From the NCBI GenBank assembly GCA_050011565.1, contig JBEKIW010000001.1, forward strand, positions 1 to 64,000: a stretch of DNA of 64,000 bases, read 5' to 3'. Under the pieces are notes generated by a model, which worked only from the letters and a program-made list of their open reading frames with translations, was not told the DNA's origin and ran no database searches. Both the position numbers and the translations under genes were made by a program. The DNA comes from Dehalococcoidia bacterium (GTDB taxonomy: Bacteria; Chloroflexota; Dehalococcoidia; GIF9; UBA5629). Position 1 is the first letter of the stretch, and each line of letters starts with the position of its first letter. Shown here piece by piece: positions 10,997 through 19,702 of this stretch.

Positions 10997-11191
10997 TTAG
11001 ACTTTTATCTCTTTAACTCGACCAACTTGACCGCTTTCTAATCGGACCTTGATGCCGTGGGGGTGAACTGTAGAGTTTGTCAAAATATCTTTGACTATCC
11101 CTTCGGTTAGTTTTCCATACCGCTGATCTGCCTTTATTACTATTGAGACCCGCAAGCCTGGTTTGATGTTGACACGCTTTATATTGCCCAT
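10997..11191 (-). CDS. YwbE (DUF2196) family protein
   Basis: KADQRYGKLTEGIVKDILTNS..HPHGIKVRLESGQVGRV. Confidence 0.85.
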   Translation of the reverse strand: MGNIKRVNIKPGLRVSIVIKADQRYGKLTEGIVKDILTNSTVHPHGIKVRLESGQVGRVKEIKV

Positions 11192-11266
11192 GCCGCTAAT
11201 TCTACCTTTTGTCAGGTGCAAAACAAAGTTTAGTTCCAGTCAAAATGGCATTGTTTTCAGTCTACT

Positions 11267-11500
11267 TCACCGCTCATATTTTCTGATTGGCTTCAGAATA
11301 TATTGCAATCCGTTAAGTTGGATTTCATAAAGAGTAGACAATAGCATGCCAATTTTCCCAGGAGGGAAACCTTTCCGGTGAAACCATACCAGATAAGGTT
11401 CAGGCAGATCACAAAGGATATAACCTTTGTATTTTCCGAAAGGCATTCTTATAGACACCAAGTCAACCAACATTTGAGGATCAATAGGGGTGGTTAACAC
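11267..11500 (-). CDS. DUF3820 family protein
   Basis: MPFGKYKG..LCDLPEPYLVWF..KGFPPGKIG.LL..LYEI.LNGL. Confidence 0.85.
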   Translation of the reverse strand: MLTTPIDPQMLVDLVSIRMPFGKYKGYILCDLPEPYLVWFHRKGFPPGKIGMLLSTLYEIQLNGLQYILKPIRKYER

Positions 11501-11714
11501 AGGTGTAAACTGATTCCCTTTGGCATCATATACATATATTACTCATAAATAAACTTTTTAAGCAAGACCTAAATTGTATGGTTCTGATCAGAAATAGAAT
11601 GAACTTTCTGGCTAAATGTTTACTCTCACATGGCGCTTTTAGATGCTCGACAGATCCAGAATAGCCCTAGTGACTTCTTCTGATTTTTCCTTGTGCCCGC
11701 AGTGCCCTGCGAGC

Positions 11715-13244
11715 TTACTCCAGGTAGTCTTTGAGTTTCCGGCTGCGGCTGGGATGCCGCAACTTGCGCAATGCCTTAGCCTCGATCTGGCGGATTCGCT
11801 CTCGGGTCACATTGAACTCCTTCCCCACCTCCTCTAAAGTGCGGGGCCTATCATCCTCAAAACCAAACCTGAGTAATAAAACCCTTCTCTCCCGGTCACT
11901 GAGTTCAGAAAGCAGCTTAGTTAGTTGCGCCTTAAGTAGCTCTCGTGAGGCAACCTCGGCTGGCGGCAGGGTAGTCCGGTCTTCAACAAAATCACCGAGG
12001 TCGCTGTCTCCATCTTCGCCAATAGGAGCCTCTAAAGACAGCGGCCTTTTAGATAATTTCAAAATATCCCTTACTTTTTCTGAAGGGATGTCCATCGCTA
12101 TGCCAATTTCCTCGCGGCTCGGTTCACGCCCATACTCTTGAGCCAGGCAGCGAATGGTCTTATATAACTTATTGATAATTTCTACCATGTGCACTGGGAT
12201 ACGAATAGTACGGGATTGATCAGCTATAGAGCGGGTAATACTTTGTCTAATCCACCAATGAGCGTAAGTACTGAATTTATAACCTTTCCTGTATTGGAAT
12301 TTGTCCACGGCCCGAAATAGGCCAATGTTGCCTTCCTGAATAAGGTCAAGAAGCGGTATTGCGTGTCCAGTATATTTCTTGGCAACGCTGACCACCAGTC
12401 GCAAATTTGCTAAAATAAGCTGTTTCTTTGCCTCACTTGCTGTTCTTTTAACCTGGCTGAAATAGGTGGTAAGCTGCTGGCTCTTAGCCCGAAGCTTGGA
12501 AAGTAATTCACGATTAATGGGCTCAGCGGCTAATGACTTTAACTTAGTCCATGAGGTTCCGTTCACTATGCTGTCCAGCAATTCCGAAGGCAAGAGCCGG
12601 CTATCTATGGAAAAGTCTATCAGGCTCCGCCCGACTTCTAAGGCGCTTTTGCCGTTAGCTTCTGTAATAGCCTTCACCAGTTCCGGGTCGATTACACCAT
12701 CGATAGCCGCCCGCAGTTTGGGGTCGCGAATTGTTCGGAGTATCCCATCCCTCGCATTAATCTCAAAGCGCCTGGCAAGAATAGCCACTACGGGCCGGGC
12801 GGCAAGTAAATGACGAAGCAAATAGATTGCGGTGCTGACCGCCGGGGAATATCTGCCATGTTGCTCAGGACTAAGACCTTCAATCTTTGCCAGATACTTG
12901 GCTTCTTCTAATTTACTGGCTAATACCTTCTCATCTTTGGCGGTGAGAAGCGAGACTCTGCCTATCTCGTGCAGATACATGAGAATCGGGTCATCAACTG
13001 GCTGTTCCCAAGGCTCTACTTCAAGCCCAGGTGCAGACTTAGCTCCTCTTTCTGTCTTATCTCCCCACTCTTCTTCAAGGTCAGCAGATTTTTTACCTTC
13101 CCAGGAAGAGGCAATTTTGGCAATATCTTCTTCTGCCTCCTCCTCGTGAAAAGTGCCCCAAGCGCTCTCGTGAGGTCTAAGTGACTCAACCTCAGACCTC
13201 ATGCCGAGGATGTCTTCAGAGTGTAGGTCACCGTTGTCTTTCAT
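11715..13244 (-). CDS. rpoD: RNA polymerase sigma70 factor, RpoD-like (possibly a paralog)
   Basis: Region 1.2 [12 protein letters not shown]; region 2 [35 protein letters not shown]; region 4 [33 protein letters not shown]. Confidence 0.85.
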   Translation of the reverse strand: MKDNGDLHSEDILGMRSEVESLRPHESAWGTFHEEEAEEDIAKIASSWEGKKSADLEEEWGDKTERGAKSAPGLEVEPWEQPVDDPILMYLHEIGRVSLLTAKDEKVLASKLEEAKYLAKIEGLSPEQHGRYSPAVSTAIYLLRHLLAARPVVAILARRFEINARDGILRTIRDPKLRAAIDGVIDPELVKAITEANGKSALEVGRSLIDFSIDSRLLPSELLDSIVNGTSWTKLKSLAAEPINRELLSKLRAKSQQLTTYFSQVKRTASEAKKQLILANLRLVVSVAKKYTGHAIPLLDLIQEGNIGLFRAVDKFQYRKGYKFSTYAHWWIRQSITRSIADQSRTIRIPVHMVEIINKLYKTIRCLAQEYGREPSREEIGIAMDIPSEKVRDILKLSKRPLSLEAPIGEDGDSDLGDFVEDRTTLPPAEVASRELLKAQLTKLLSELSDRERRVLLLRFGFEDDRPRTLEEVGKEFNVTRERIRQIEAKALRKLRHPSRSRKLKDYLE

Positions 13245-13391
13245 GTTGAAAAAAGCGAATAAAAGTACTTCACCCTGGCACGATTATCGTGCCACTGCCA
13301 TTGACACTGTACTATGCCCGGCGTGTTCGGTCAGTTGTATGCTAAGTATCAACGCTATATGTCTTAAGCATGTAGATGAGGACTAGGCGAT

Positions 13392-13685
13392 TTAGTATCT
13401 TCTCTGTCTTCCTCTTCCGCCAGACCCTCCGCCTCTGCTATCGGAACGAGGGCGAGCCTCACTAACATCAAGCGTCCGATCCTTCAGTGTTTTCCCTTTG
13501 AGGCCAGCAATTGCAGCTTCGCCTTCAGACTTTGATGGCATTTCAACAAACCCAATTCCCCTGGATTGCCCACTGTACTTGTCCTTTATGATGCTTACGG
13601 ACGTGACTCCTCCAAAAGCCTTGAACTCCGCTCGCAATTCCTCTTCAGTTACATCAGGCGATAAGTTACCCACGTAGATATTCAT
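13392..13685 (-). CDS. RRM-domain RNA-binding protein with Gly/Arg tail
   Basis: RNP2 IYVGNL, RNP1 RGIGFVEM, GGGSGGRGR tail. Confidence 0.92.
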   Translation of the reverse strand: MNIYVGNLSPDVTEEELRAEFKAFGGVTSVSIIKDKYSGQSRGIGFVEMPSKSEGEAAIAGLKGKTLKDRTLDVSEARPRSDSRGGGSGGRGRQRRY

Positions 13686-13768
13686 ATTGGTACCCCTTTC
13701 GTTAACGCTGAATAAGGACATATCTAGGCCAAGTACCCCCAGCGCCTATGTATGTGCTTAAAGCCAAA

Positions 13769-13975
13769 CTAGTATTCCCTACTAAGTGTGGTGCTGCTGT
13801 GGCTATAGCCACCTTGTGAACCGCCGCGCTGTTGTTTCTTAGCCTGTCGGCATTGGGGACAACGCTTAGGGTCGCTGGTAAAGCCTTTAGACGCGAAGAA
13901 TTCTTGTTCCCCAGCAGTGAATGTGAAGGTAGTCCCGCAATCGGAGCACTGAATCGACTTGTCCTGAAAACTCAT
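13769..13975 (-). CDS. Zinc-ribbon (zf-trcl-like) protein
   Basis: MSFQDKSIQCSDCGTTFTFTAGEQEFFASKGF..PKRCPQCR; strong RBS. Confidence 0.88.
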   Translation of the reverse strand: MSFQDKSIQCSDCGTTFTFTAGEQEFFASKGFTSDPKRCPQCRQAKKQQRGGSQGGYSHSSTTLSREY

Positions 13976-14099
13976 TGGATGACCTCCTCTCTTACAAATA
14001 GTTGGTTGGAGTTGGGGTCATCCGGAGCTTGGGTAAGTTGGGTAAATCTAAAGTAATTTAACTAAGTGCGTGATAACCTAAACTGGAACCACCACTTCT

Positions 14100-14128
14100 A
14101 CTGTACACTAAAACGCCCCGCTTTGCAA
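14100..14128 (-). promoter_or_regulatory. sigma70 promoter for the zinc-ribbon/RRM/sigma cluster
   Basis: Minus strand TTGCAA-17 nt-TACAGT. Confidence 0.5.
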
Positions 14129-14376
14129 AAGCCTGGACAAGCTTCCCAATAAGAAAGATTGACATGGTCAAATCCAAGGAGCCTTCCCTTGCTTAACACT
14201 AATGACATGAATTATTGCTTACTCCTGCACGGTACGTCTTTTTGTCGCCTAAGTAGTAACTTTTTGACGATTTGTGCACTCGTTATAATCTAACGTATCT
14301 CAGAGTTTTGGGAAATCCTGGTCTATTCCTATTCACTTAGTTAGTTGCTATAATCCGTATTATATAAACAGACTAG

Positions 14377-14952
14377 ATGAAAAAAATCATATTGGCCTCA
14401 GGATCGCCAAGAAGAAAAGAATTACTGGAAAAAATTGGCCTTAAATTTGAGGTCGAATCAAGCAATTATGAAGAGGATATCTACCCGGGGTTACAGCCGC
14501 ATGATGTCGCTCAAAAAATATCTCTTAAAAAAGCCGAAATAGTTGCCAGTAAGCATAAAAATGTTGTAATTATTGCCGCCGATACCTTTATTGTTTTTGA
14601 TGGCCAAATACTGGGTAAACCGAGCACCGCAAATGAATCCAGGGAAATGCTGCAAAAACTAAATGGAAAGTCTCACTCGGTAATAACCGGTTTCAGTGTT
14701 ATAGACACAGCCAAAAATAAAACATTATCCAGATCTGTAGAAACAATAGTCTTTTTAAAAAAGTTAACCCAGTCAGAAATCGATACCTATGTGAAGTCAA
14801 AGGAGCCATTGGATAAGGCAGGAGGTTATGCCATTCAGGGATTGGGAGCTGTTATTGTGGATAGGATTGAGGGAGACTATTTAAACGTAGTGGGTCTTCC
14901 CTTAAGCGCTCTGACTGAAGCTTTAAAAGAGTTTGGAATCCATATCCTGTAA
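14377..14952 (+). CDS. maf: Maf nucleoside triphosphate pyrophosphatase
   Basis: IILASGSPRRKELL, ADT, ILGKP, DKAGGYAIQG, NVVGLP. Confidence 0.95.
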   Translation: MKKIILASGSPRRKELLEKIGLKFEVESSNYEEDIYPGLQPHDVAQKISLKKAEIVASKHKNVVIIAADTFIVFDGQILGKPSTANESREMLQKLNGKSHSVITGFSVIDTAKNKTLSRSVETIVFLKKLTQSEIDTYVKSKEPLDKAGGYAIQGLGAVIVDRIEGDYLNVVGLPLSALTEALKEFGIHIL

Positions 14953-15005
14953 AGATTTAAGCACCCTTAAAAGGTATTTGAGCAGGAATTTCCCGAAATG
15001 GCCAG

Positions 15006-16349
15006 CTATCGGGGAAGATTATTTATATAGGCAGCAGCGTTTTCACCGGCTACATAGCCAGTAGAAAAAGCAGCCTGCAGGTTATAACCGCCAGTATCGG
15101 CATCGATGTCCATTACCTCCCCGCAAAAGTAAAGACCTGCGACTAAACGTGAGGCCATATTTCGTGGGTTTATTTCTTTGAGGGAAATACCCCCGGCAGT
15201 AACCATAGCCGAAGATAGGGGCAATGGAGTTCTGATGTTGAAACTGAGCGACTTAAGTAAGCATAGCAATCTCTTTCGCTCAACGGAATCAACCTGATTG
15301 CACCATTTATCAGCTGGTATACCAGTCATTTCAATAAAAGGCTCGACCAACTTTTGTGGCAGGAGTGCCTTGAGAAGGTTGCGATAGCTTCGTTTGCTGT
15401 AGCTGCTAAAATCTCGTTGCAGTCGCTCGCTTAGCTCATTACTACCAAGCATTGGTTCAAGATCGATGGATACACTTACAGGTCCGTGCTCAAGGGCATC
15501 GACTATTGCCAGGCTCATTTGCAGTGTAACAGGCCCGCTTAGACCATAATGCGTTATCATAATATCACCTGTGCGACTTTCTATAACCGGCTGGTGCAGG
15601 CGACGTGCAATTATGCCCCGCCCAGAGTCCCTGGTTGGCGTTGCTGACGGTTTAATATCACTGGCTATGCACCGATAGGCTGTCAAGCGTACATTACGCA
15701 GACTAACACCCTGCATACTCCTGGCACGCTTCGTCTCGGATACAACCAGAGGTACCAGAGCCGGGCGTATTGGCGTAATTGTGTGGTTAACCGCAGTGAC
15801 AATGCTATAGCCGTCACCGGTGGAACCGGTACCCGGATATGAAGCACCACCGGTTGCCAAAATAACAGCCACTGCGGGAAAGGTCTTTGACTCAGATTGT
15901 GCGCCTGCTACACGCCCTTTATCTATCAGGATATTGGTTACGCGGGCGCCAGTTTGCACCTGGACTCCATTGTCAGCCAGGTAATACTGAAGGGCTTTGA
16001 CAATTTCCCGTGCGTCTCCGGATGAAGGAAAGATTCGTCCATCTTTTTCAGTTATGGTCTCCACACCGTAGCGCTTTAAAAATGTCAGCAAGTCATCTCT
16101 AAAGAAATGATGGAAAGCATTATAGAGAAAACGGCCATTAGGACCGTACATATCAATGAAGGTGTCCATTTCTTTAATATTGGTCAGGTTGCAACGTGTC
16201 TGACCACTGATGAGGATTTTATTGCCAGGACTTCGGGTCTTTTCCAGGAGAAGCACTTTAACGCCTGACTCGGCGGCTCGCCCAGCGGCCATCATGCCAC
16301 TAGCTCCCGCGCCAACAACGATGACCTGTTTATTAATCATGCGTACCAT
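15006..16349 (-). CDS. HI0933/BaiN-family FAD-dependent oxidoreductase
   Basis: GAGASGMMAA, KILISG..RCNLTN, LATGGASYP.TGSTGDGY, TGGYNLQAAFSTG. Confidence 0.92.
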   Translation of the reverse strand: MVRMINKQVIVVGAGASGMMAAGRAAESGVKVLLLEKTRSPGNKILISGQTRCNLTNIKEMDTFIDMYGPNGRFLYNAFHHFFRDDLLTFLKRYGVETITEKDGRIFPSSGDAREIVKALQYYLADNGVQVQTGARVTNILIDKGRVAGAQSESKTFPAVAVILATGGASYPGTGSTGDGYSIVTAVNHTITPIRPALVPLVVSETKRARSMQGVSLRNVRLTAYRCIASDIKPSATPTRDSGRGIIARRLHQPVIESRTGDIMITHYGLSGPVTLQMSLAIVDALEHGPVSVSIDLEPMLGSNELSERLQRDFSSYSKRSYRNLLKALLPQKLVEPFIEMTGIPADKWCNQVDSVERKRLLCLLKSLSFNIRTPLPLSSAMVTAGGISLKEINPRNMASRLVAGLYFCGEVMDIDADTGGYNLQAAFSTGYVAGENAAAYINNLPR

Positions 16350-16574
16350 ACCTGACTTATTTCTACTTCATTTTAGTCTCTATCCTTAGATTGTGCTTAA
16401 GATAACCTCGGCCTGTCAAGGATGTAGGTAATAAAAGCTATGCATCAGATACAATGAAGTAGCAAAATGACGCTCTGTGTGATGTGCCGAATTATCATTA
16501 AACGAAACTGACTTTTGTTAAGCTGGCTCGATTGGCGAAATCCGGCAGTGGTATAATCCCAAAGGAGGCGGTAT

Positions 16575-17024
16575 ATGGCAGATACAACGAAGATAAAGAC
16601 TATGATCGAACCCCATGTGCGTACTTGGCTTTCAAAGCAGTTCCCTGGACATGTCTTCGAGAAAAAACGTGTTCAACTGGCAAGTGGTGGAAGTCATAAA
16701 TTTGACGCTGTCGCAGAAGATGGTTCCTTCGTTGCCGCTATTCTATGCAATAGAGCACGTACAAGAACACAGAGAGAAAACACAGGTGGAGTTAGGAAAG
16801 CCTTAACGGATCTCAGTTATCTCCAAGGGCTTCCAGCAAGCGTACAAAAAGTAATGGTTTTTACAGATGGTAGCTTCTGCCATCTCATACGCCTTCGGGC
16901 TAGCAGGCTAGTAACGGAGCCTGTCCAAATGATGGTTTGCACGTTACCTCCTCGCTTGGAAACTTTGCTTGGAGAAATCCTTGATGAAGCTAGCCACGAG
17001 CAGCGTGCAGCAGGAGAAGATTGA
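16575..17024 (+). CDS. Hypothetical protein, restriction-endonuclease-like fold suspected
   Basis: AAGGAGG RBS; HKFDAVAEDG..V..I pattern resembles the PD-(D/E)XK core, but the ExK position is not conserved. Confidence 0.5.
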   Translation: MADTTKIKTMIEPHVRTWLSKQFPGHVFEKKRVQLASGGSHKFDAVAEDGSFVAAILCNRARTRTQRENTGGVRKALTDLSYLQGLPASVQKVMVFTDGSFCHLIRLRASRLVTEPVQMMVCTLPPRLETLLGEILDEASHEQRAAGED

Positions 17025-17209
17025 TCGCCTCACGAAGAGAGATAATATACAGTAAATTGGCAGAGAGTTTTTGGCAAGATGAACATTTACTCAAAAAGTG
17101 CATCTGGTGAGAATCTTGTAGAGTGGACTGGAGTTTAGTAAACTTACCCCAACTTTATAGTGATTCATGATTAATTTCACGATTATCTAATGTTTGGAGG
17201 TGGGAGACA

Positions 17210-17629
17210 ATGAGAGACCAGAAAAAGCAAGTCGCAAAAGAGGCCAAGCGTGGATATAAGCGCATTGCGGAAAAAGCTGCGCGACTAGCCAGAGAGCAGG
17301 CAAGAAGAAAAACTGATCTGGCCAGAGAGCAAGCGATTCAAAAAGAGCAAGCAGCAAAAGGGGCCAAGCGTGAAGAGAAGCGCATGGCAGAAGAACCTGC
17401 GCGACTAGCCAGAGAGCAGGCAAGAAGAAAAACTGATCTGGCCAGAGAGCAAGCGATTCAAAAAGAGCAAGCAGCAAAAGGGGCCAAGCGTGAAGAGAAG
17501 CGCATGGCGGAAGAACCTACGCGACTAGCCAGAGAGCAGGCAAGAAGAAAAACTGATCTAGCCAGAGAACAGGCAATAGCCGAAGATCAGGAGGCGAGAA
17601 GGCGAGAAATCGAAAAAGCGAAAACTTAA
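17210..17629 (+). CDS. Charged coiled-coil protein built from 40-aa repeats
   Basis: GGAGG RBS; repeated ARLAREQARRKTDLAREQAI. Confidence 0.6.
   Translation: MRDQKKQVAKEAKRGYKRIAEKAARLAREQARRKTDLAREQAIQKEQAAKGAKREEKRMAEEPARLAREQARRKTDLAREQAIQKEQAAKGAKREEKRMAEEPTRLAREQARRKTDLAREQAIAEDQEARRREIEKAKT
17227..17580 (+). repeat. 120-bp tandem repeat, about 3 copies (coding)
   Basis: Sequence starting at 17281, 17401 and 17521 is nearly identical. Confidence 0.95.
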
Positions 17630-17715
17630 CGCGGCCCACCCTCTATAACAAAAGGGCTTTATGTGTAGTCCACTGCATCTGACATACCGGAGAAATTCTG
17701 AAATACCTGATACCG

Positions 17716-17743
17716 TTGACATCCTTGGAGAAAATACTATAAT
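17716..17743 (+). promoter_or_regulatory. Consensus sigma70 promoter
   Basis: TTGACA-16 nt-TATAAT. Confidence 0.65.
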
Positions 17744-17819
17744 TCGCCTTGAAGCGAATGTGCATATTGAGGGATGAATAGATAATCCCTGAGAAGGAAT
17801 TAATTACGGAGGTAGAAAC

Positions 17820-17909
17820 GTGGGTAGTAAAGGAAGAAAAAATGTAAAAAAACCCAAGAAGCAAGTATTAAAAAAGAAATCACAGGAGGCAGAACAAAAG
17901 AAGAGATAA
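17820..17909 (+). CDS. Small Lys-rich peptide (29 aa)
   Basis: GGAGG RBS then GTG; MGSKGRKNVKKPKKQVLKKKSQEAEQKKR*; upstream consensus promoter. Confidence 0.55.
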   Translation: MGSKGRKNVKKPKKQVLKKKSQEAEQKKR

Positions 17910-17994
17910 AAGTACCCCTGATGGGACTTAAATAGCGCTGGTAACTAGGCATGACAAGTCGGCATCGGATTGGAGATTCAGGCTGCATCTGGAG

Positions 17995-18213
17995 GTGGTT
18001 GTATTGCCCGCGGGGACAGGACGCATAAAATGTCCGGTATGTGGCGGAACATCATGGATGATGTGTCCTAGTTGTCAGGGCTCTGGCAAGAAACCAGATG
18101 CAGCGCACACGCCTGTAGAAAAAGATGAGACTCAACGGTGCGCTAAGTGTGGAGGAAGAGGCATAGTCAAGTGTAACTATCCGAGATGCCAGGATGGATG
18201 GGTTCGAACCTAA
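17995..18213 (+). CDS. Small DnaJ-type Cys-rich zinc-finger protein
   Basis: CPVCGG, CPSCQGSG, CAKCGGRG, CNYPRCQDG. Confidence 0.65.
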   Translation: MVVLPAGTGRIKCPVCGGTSWMMCPSCQGSGKKPDAAHTPVEKDETQRCAKCGGRGIVKCNYPRCQDGWVRT

Positions 18214-18304
18214 GCGTATTAGGCTGGCTTCTGGTCTGATGGTAACAAAAGTCCAGAATGTTCAATAAAGTTGTTTTCTGTCATGCTGGCTGCCCTCTAG
18301 CCGC

Positions 18305-18601
18305 TCATTTATTAGCCCGTTTCACTATTTCCGCAATATATCCAGGGACACAGATCAAATTCTCCTTTTTTGCCTTTGAAAGCTTTTTGACCATATTTTC
18401 CACCTTCAAAGCTAGGCTCCTGCTTCCCAACCTCTTCTGAAACAATAATGTCAGGGGCCCCCTACCTTTTAGGTACTTCGATCCGGCGTCTCCTCCTTCC
18501 CGATGTTCGGCAAGCCGGCGATCAATGCCGGTGGAAATTCCCGTATACAGGGTCCCATCTCGACATCTTACTACGTACAAATACCAATCACACATCATCA
18601 T
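18305..18601 (-). CDS. GIY-YIG nuclease (YhbQ/UPF0213 type)
   Basis: WYLYVVRCRDGTLYTGIST...RRLAEH...GSKYLKGRGPL...ALKVE. Confidence 0.9.
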   Translation of the reverse strand: MMMCDWYLYVVRCRDGTLYTGISTGIDRRLAEHREGGDAGSKYLKGRGPLTLLFQKRLGSRSLALKVENMVKKLSKAKKENLICVPGYIAEIVKRANK

Positions 18602-18737
18602 AACCTATAGCCAAATGAAATATAAGTGAATTCTACCCGAAACGCGAACTAAATGTCTGGACAGGTTTGGTAAAAATATACATAGGATACAGAAGCCTGT
18701 TTTGTTACTTCATTTCACATTGAGCCAAATTGTTGGG

Positions 18738-18922
18738 CTACTAACCTTATCCTGCTAACCTTGCTAGTCTTATTCTGCTGACCTTACTGCCCTTAGCCTG
18801 CTGACCTTGCTGACCTTGCTAGCCCACTAGCCCTCTAGCCACTAGCCACTAGCCTACTAGCCTTAACCTTGCTGACCTTGCTAATCTTACTAACATTAAC
18901 CTTGCTAGCTTATTGACCCTAC
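18738..18922. repeat. Degenerate short-unit repeat tract (CTTGCTGAC, CTAGCCA, CTAACCTT)
   Basis: About 185 bp built from shuffled 7-9-nt units, strand-skewed, no long ORF. Confidence 0.8.
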
Positions 18923-19055
18923 AAAGCTTACATATTCAAACTTCAACAATCCCTTAGCTAAACTTCTGCACTCTGCAGCCTTATTTAATGCAGCTGCAGG
19001 GAAGCCCGGGCTCCGGGATCATAAAAGCAGACAGGCTAGTTCCTATTGAAGTAAC

Positions 19056-19094
19056 GACTTTAAGTTCATACTTTAAGTTCAGACTTTAGGTACA
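19056..19094. repeat. 13-bp direct repeat, 3 copies (iteron-like)
   Basis: GACTTTAAGTTCA / TACTTTAAGTTCA / GACTTTAGGTACA. Confidence 0.7.
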
Positions 19095-19306
19095 GATTTA
19101 AAGCCAATTGCGTTCAATGCTTTATCTATATCCTGTCCCCTAGATCCCTTTTGGAATAGAAGCAAGCGAGCCAAATTTTCTACGTTGACGATCAAGTCGC
19201 AGATTAAGCTCATTTGCGTTACTCCCTCATGCTTAACCTTCATGTGCCCGTTGATACCTTGAGCCTGAACTGTCTGACCACATATTGGGCAAGTTACTTG
19301 TTTCAT
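19079..19306 (-). CDS. Small C2H2-like zinc-finger protein
   Basis: AGGAGG RBS; CPICGQ.....GINGHMKVKH. Confidence 0.7.
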   Translation of the reverse strand: MKQVTCPICGQTVQAQGINGHMKVKHEGVTQMSLICDLIVNVENLARLLLFQKGSRGQDIDKALNAIGFKSVPKV

Positions 19307-19371
19307 ATCCTACCTCCTAACAGAAATCATGACTATTTCGACCTTTATTCTTATTCTAAAAACAATATGCC

Positions 19372-19575
19372 TTAGTGTTTGGTTTGCTTATCTGTAGTTA
19401 TCACCTTCTGCAAAAGCTCCCCATTTCCATGACAATCACCGGAGAGAGCTTCCTTTAGCTGGCGTGCAATATCACCCATGGTTACCATTTGGTCGAGCAG
19501 TTCTACAAAAAGTTCGTTCACCTTTACCCCATCGTTTTTATACCTTATAATTCTAGTGGATTCAAAGTTATTCAA
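19372..19575 (-). CDS. Hypothetical protein or gene fragment
   Basis: Short ORF with TTG start, no recognised motif. Confidence 0.25.
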   Translation of the reverse strand: MNNFESTRIIRYKNDGVKVNELFVELLDQMVTMGDIARQLKEALSGDCHGNGELLQKVITTDKQTKH

Positions 19576-19601
19576 GGGAATGCTTAGGTGCTGTGTTAGT
19601 C

Positions 19602-19679
19602 GAGATTCTTCGGTCGCGGAGTTTACACTGAGTGAGATTCTTCGGTCGCTGTGCTCCCTCAGAATGACATAAGGCGAAG
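19602..19679. repeat. REP-like palindromic extragenic element (nested copies)
   Basis: GAGATTCTTCGGTCGC occurs twice (19602, 19634), the second followed by ...CTCCCTCAGAATGACA. Confidence 0.7.
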
Positions 19680-19702
19680 TAATCAGTATGATATAGGGGG
19701 CA

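Noticed and set aside
17227-17580. Possible CRISPR array
   Set aside because: Contiguous 120-bp in-frame coding repeats with no unique spacers and no cas genes.
18738-18922. Possible CRISPR array or coding repeat
   Set aside because: No constant repeat-spacer period, and stops interrupt the SKV-like frames.
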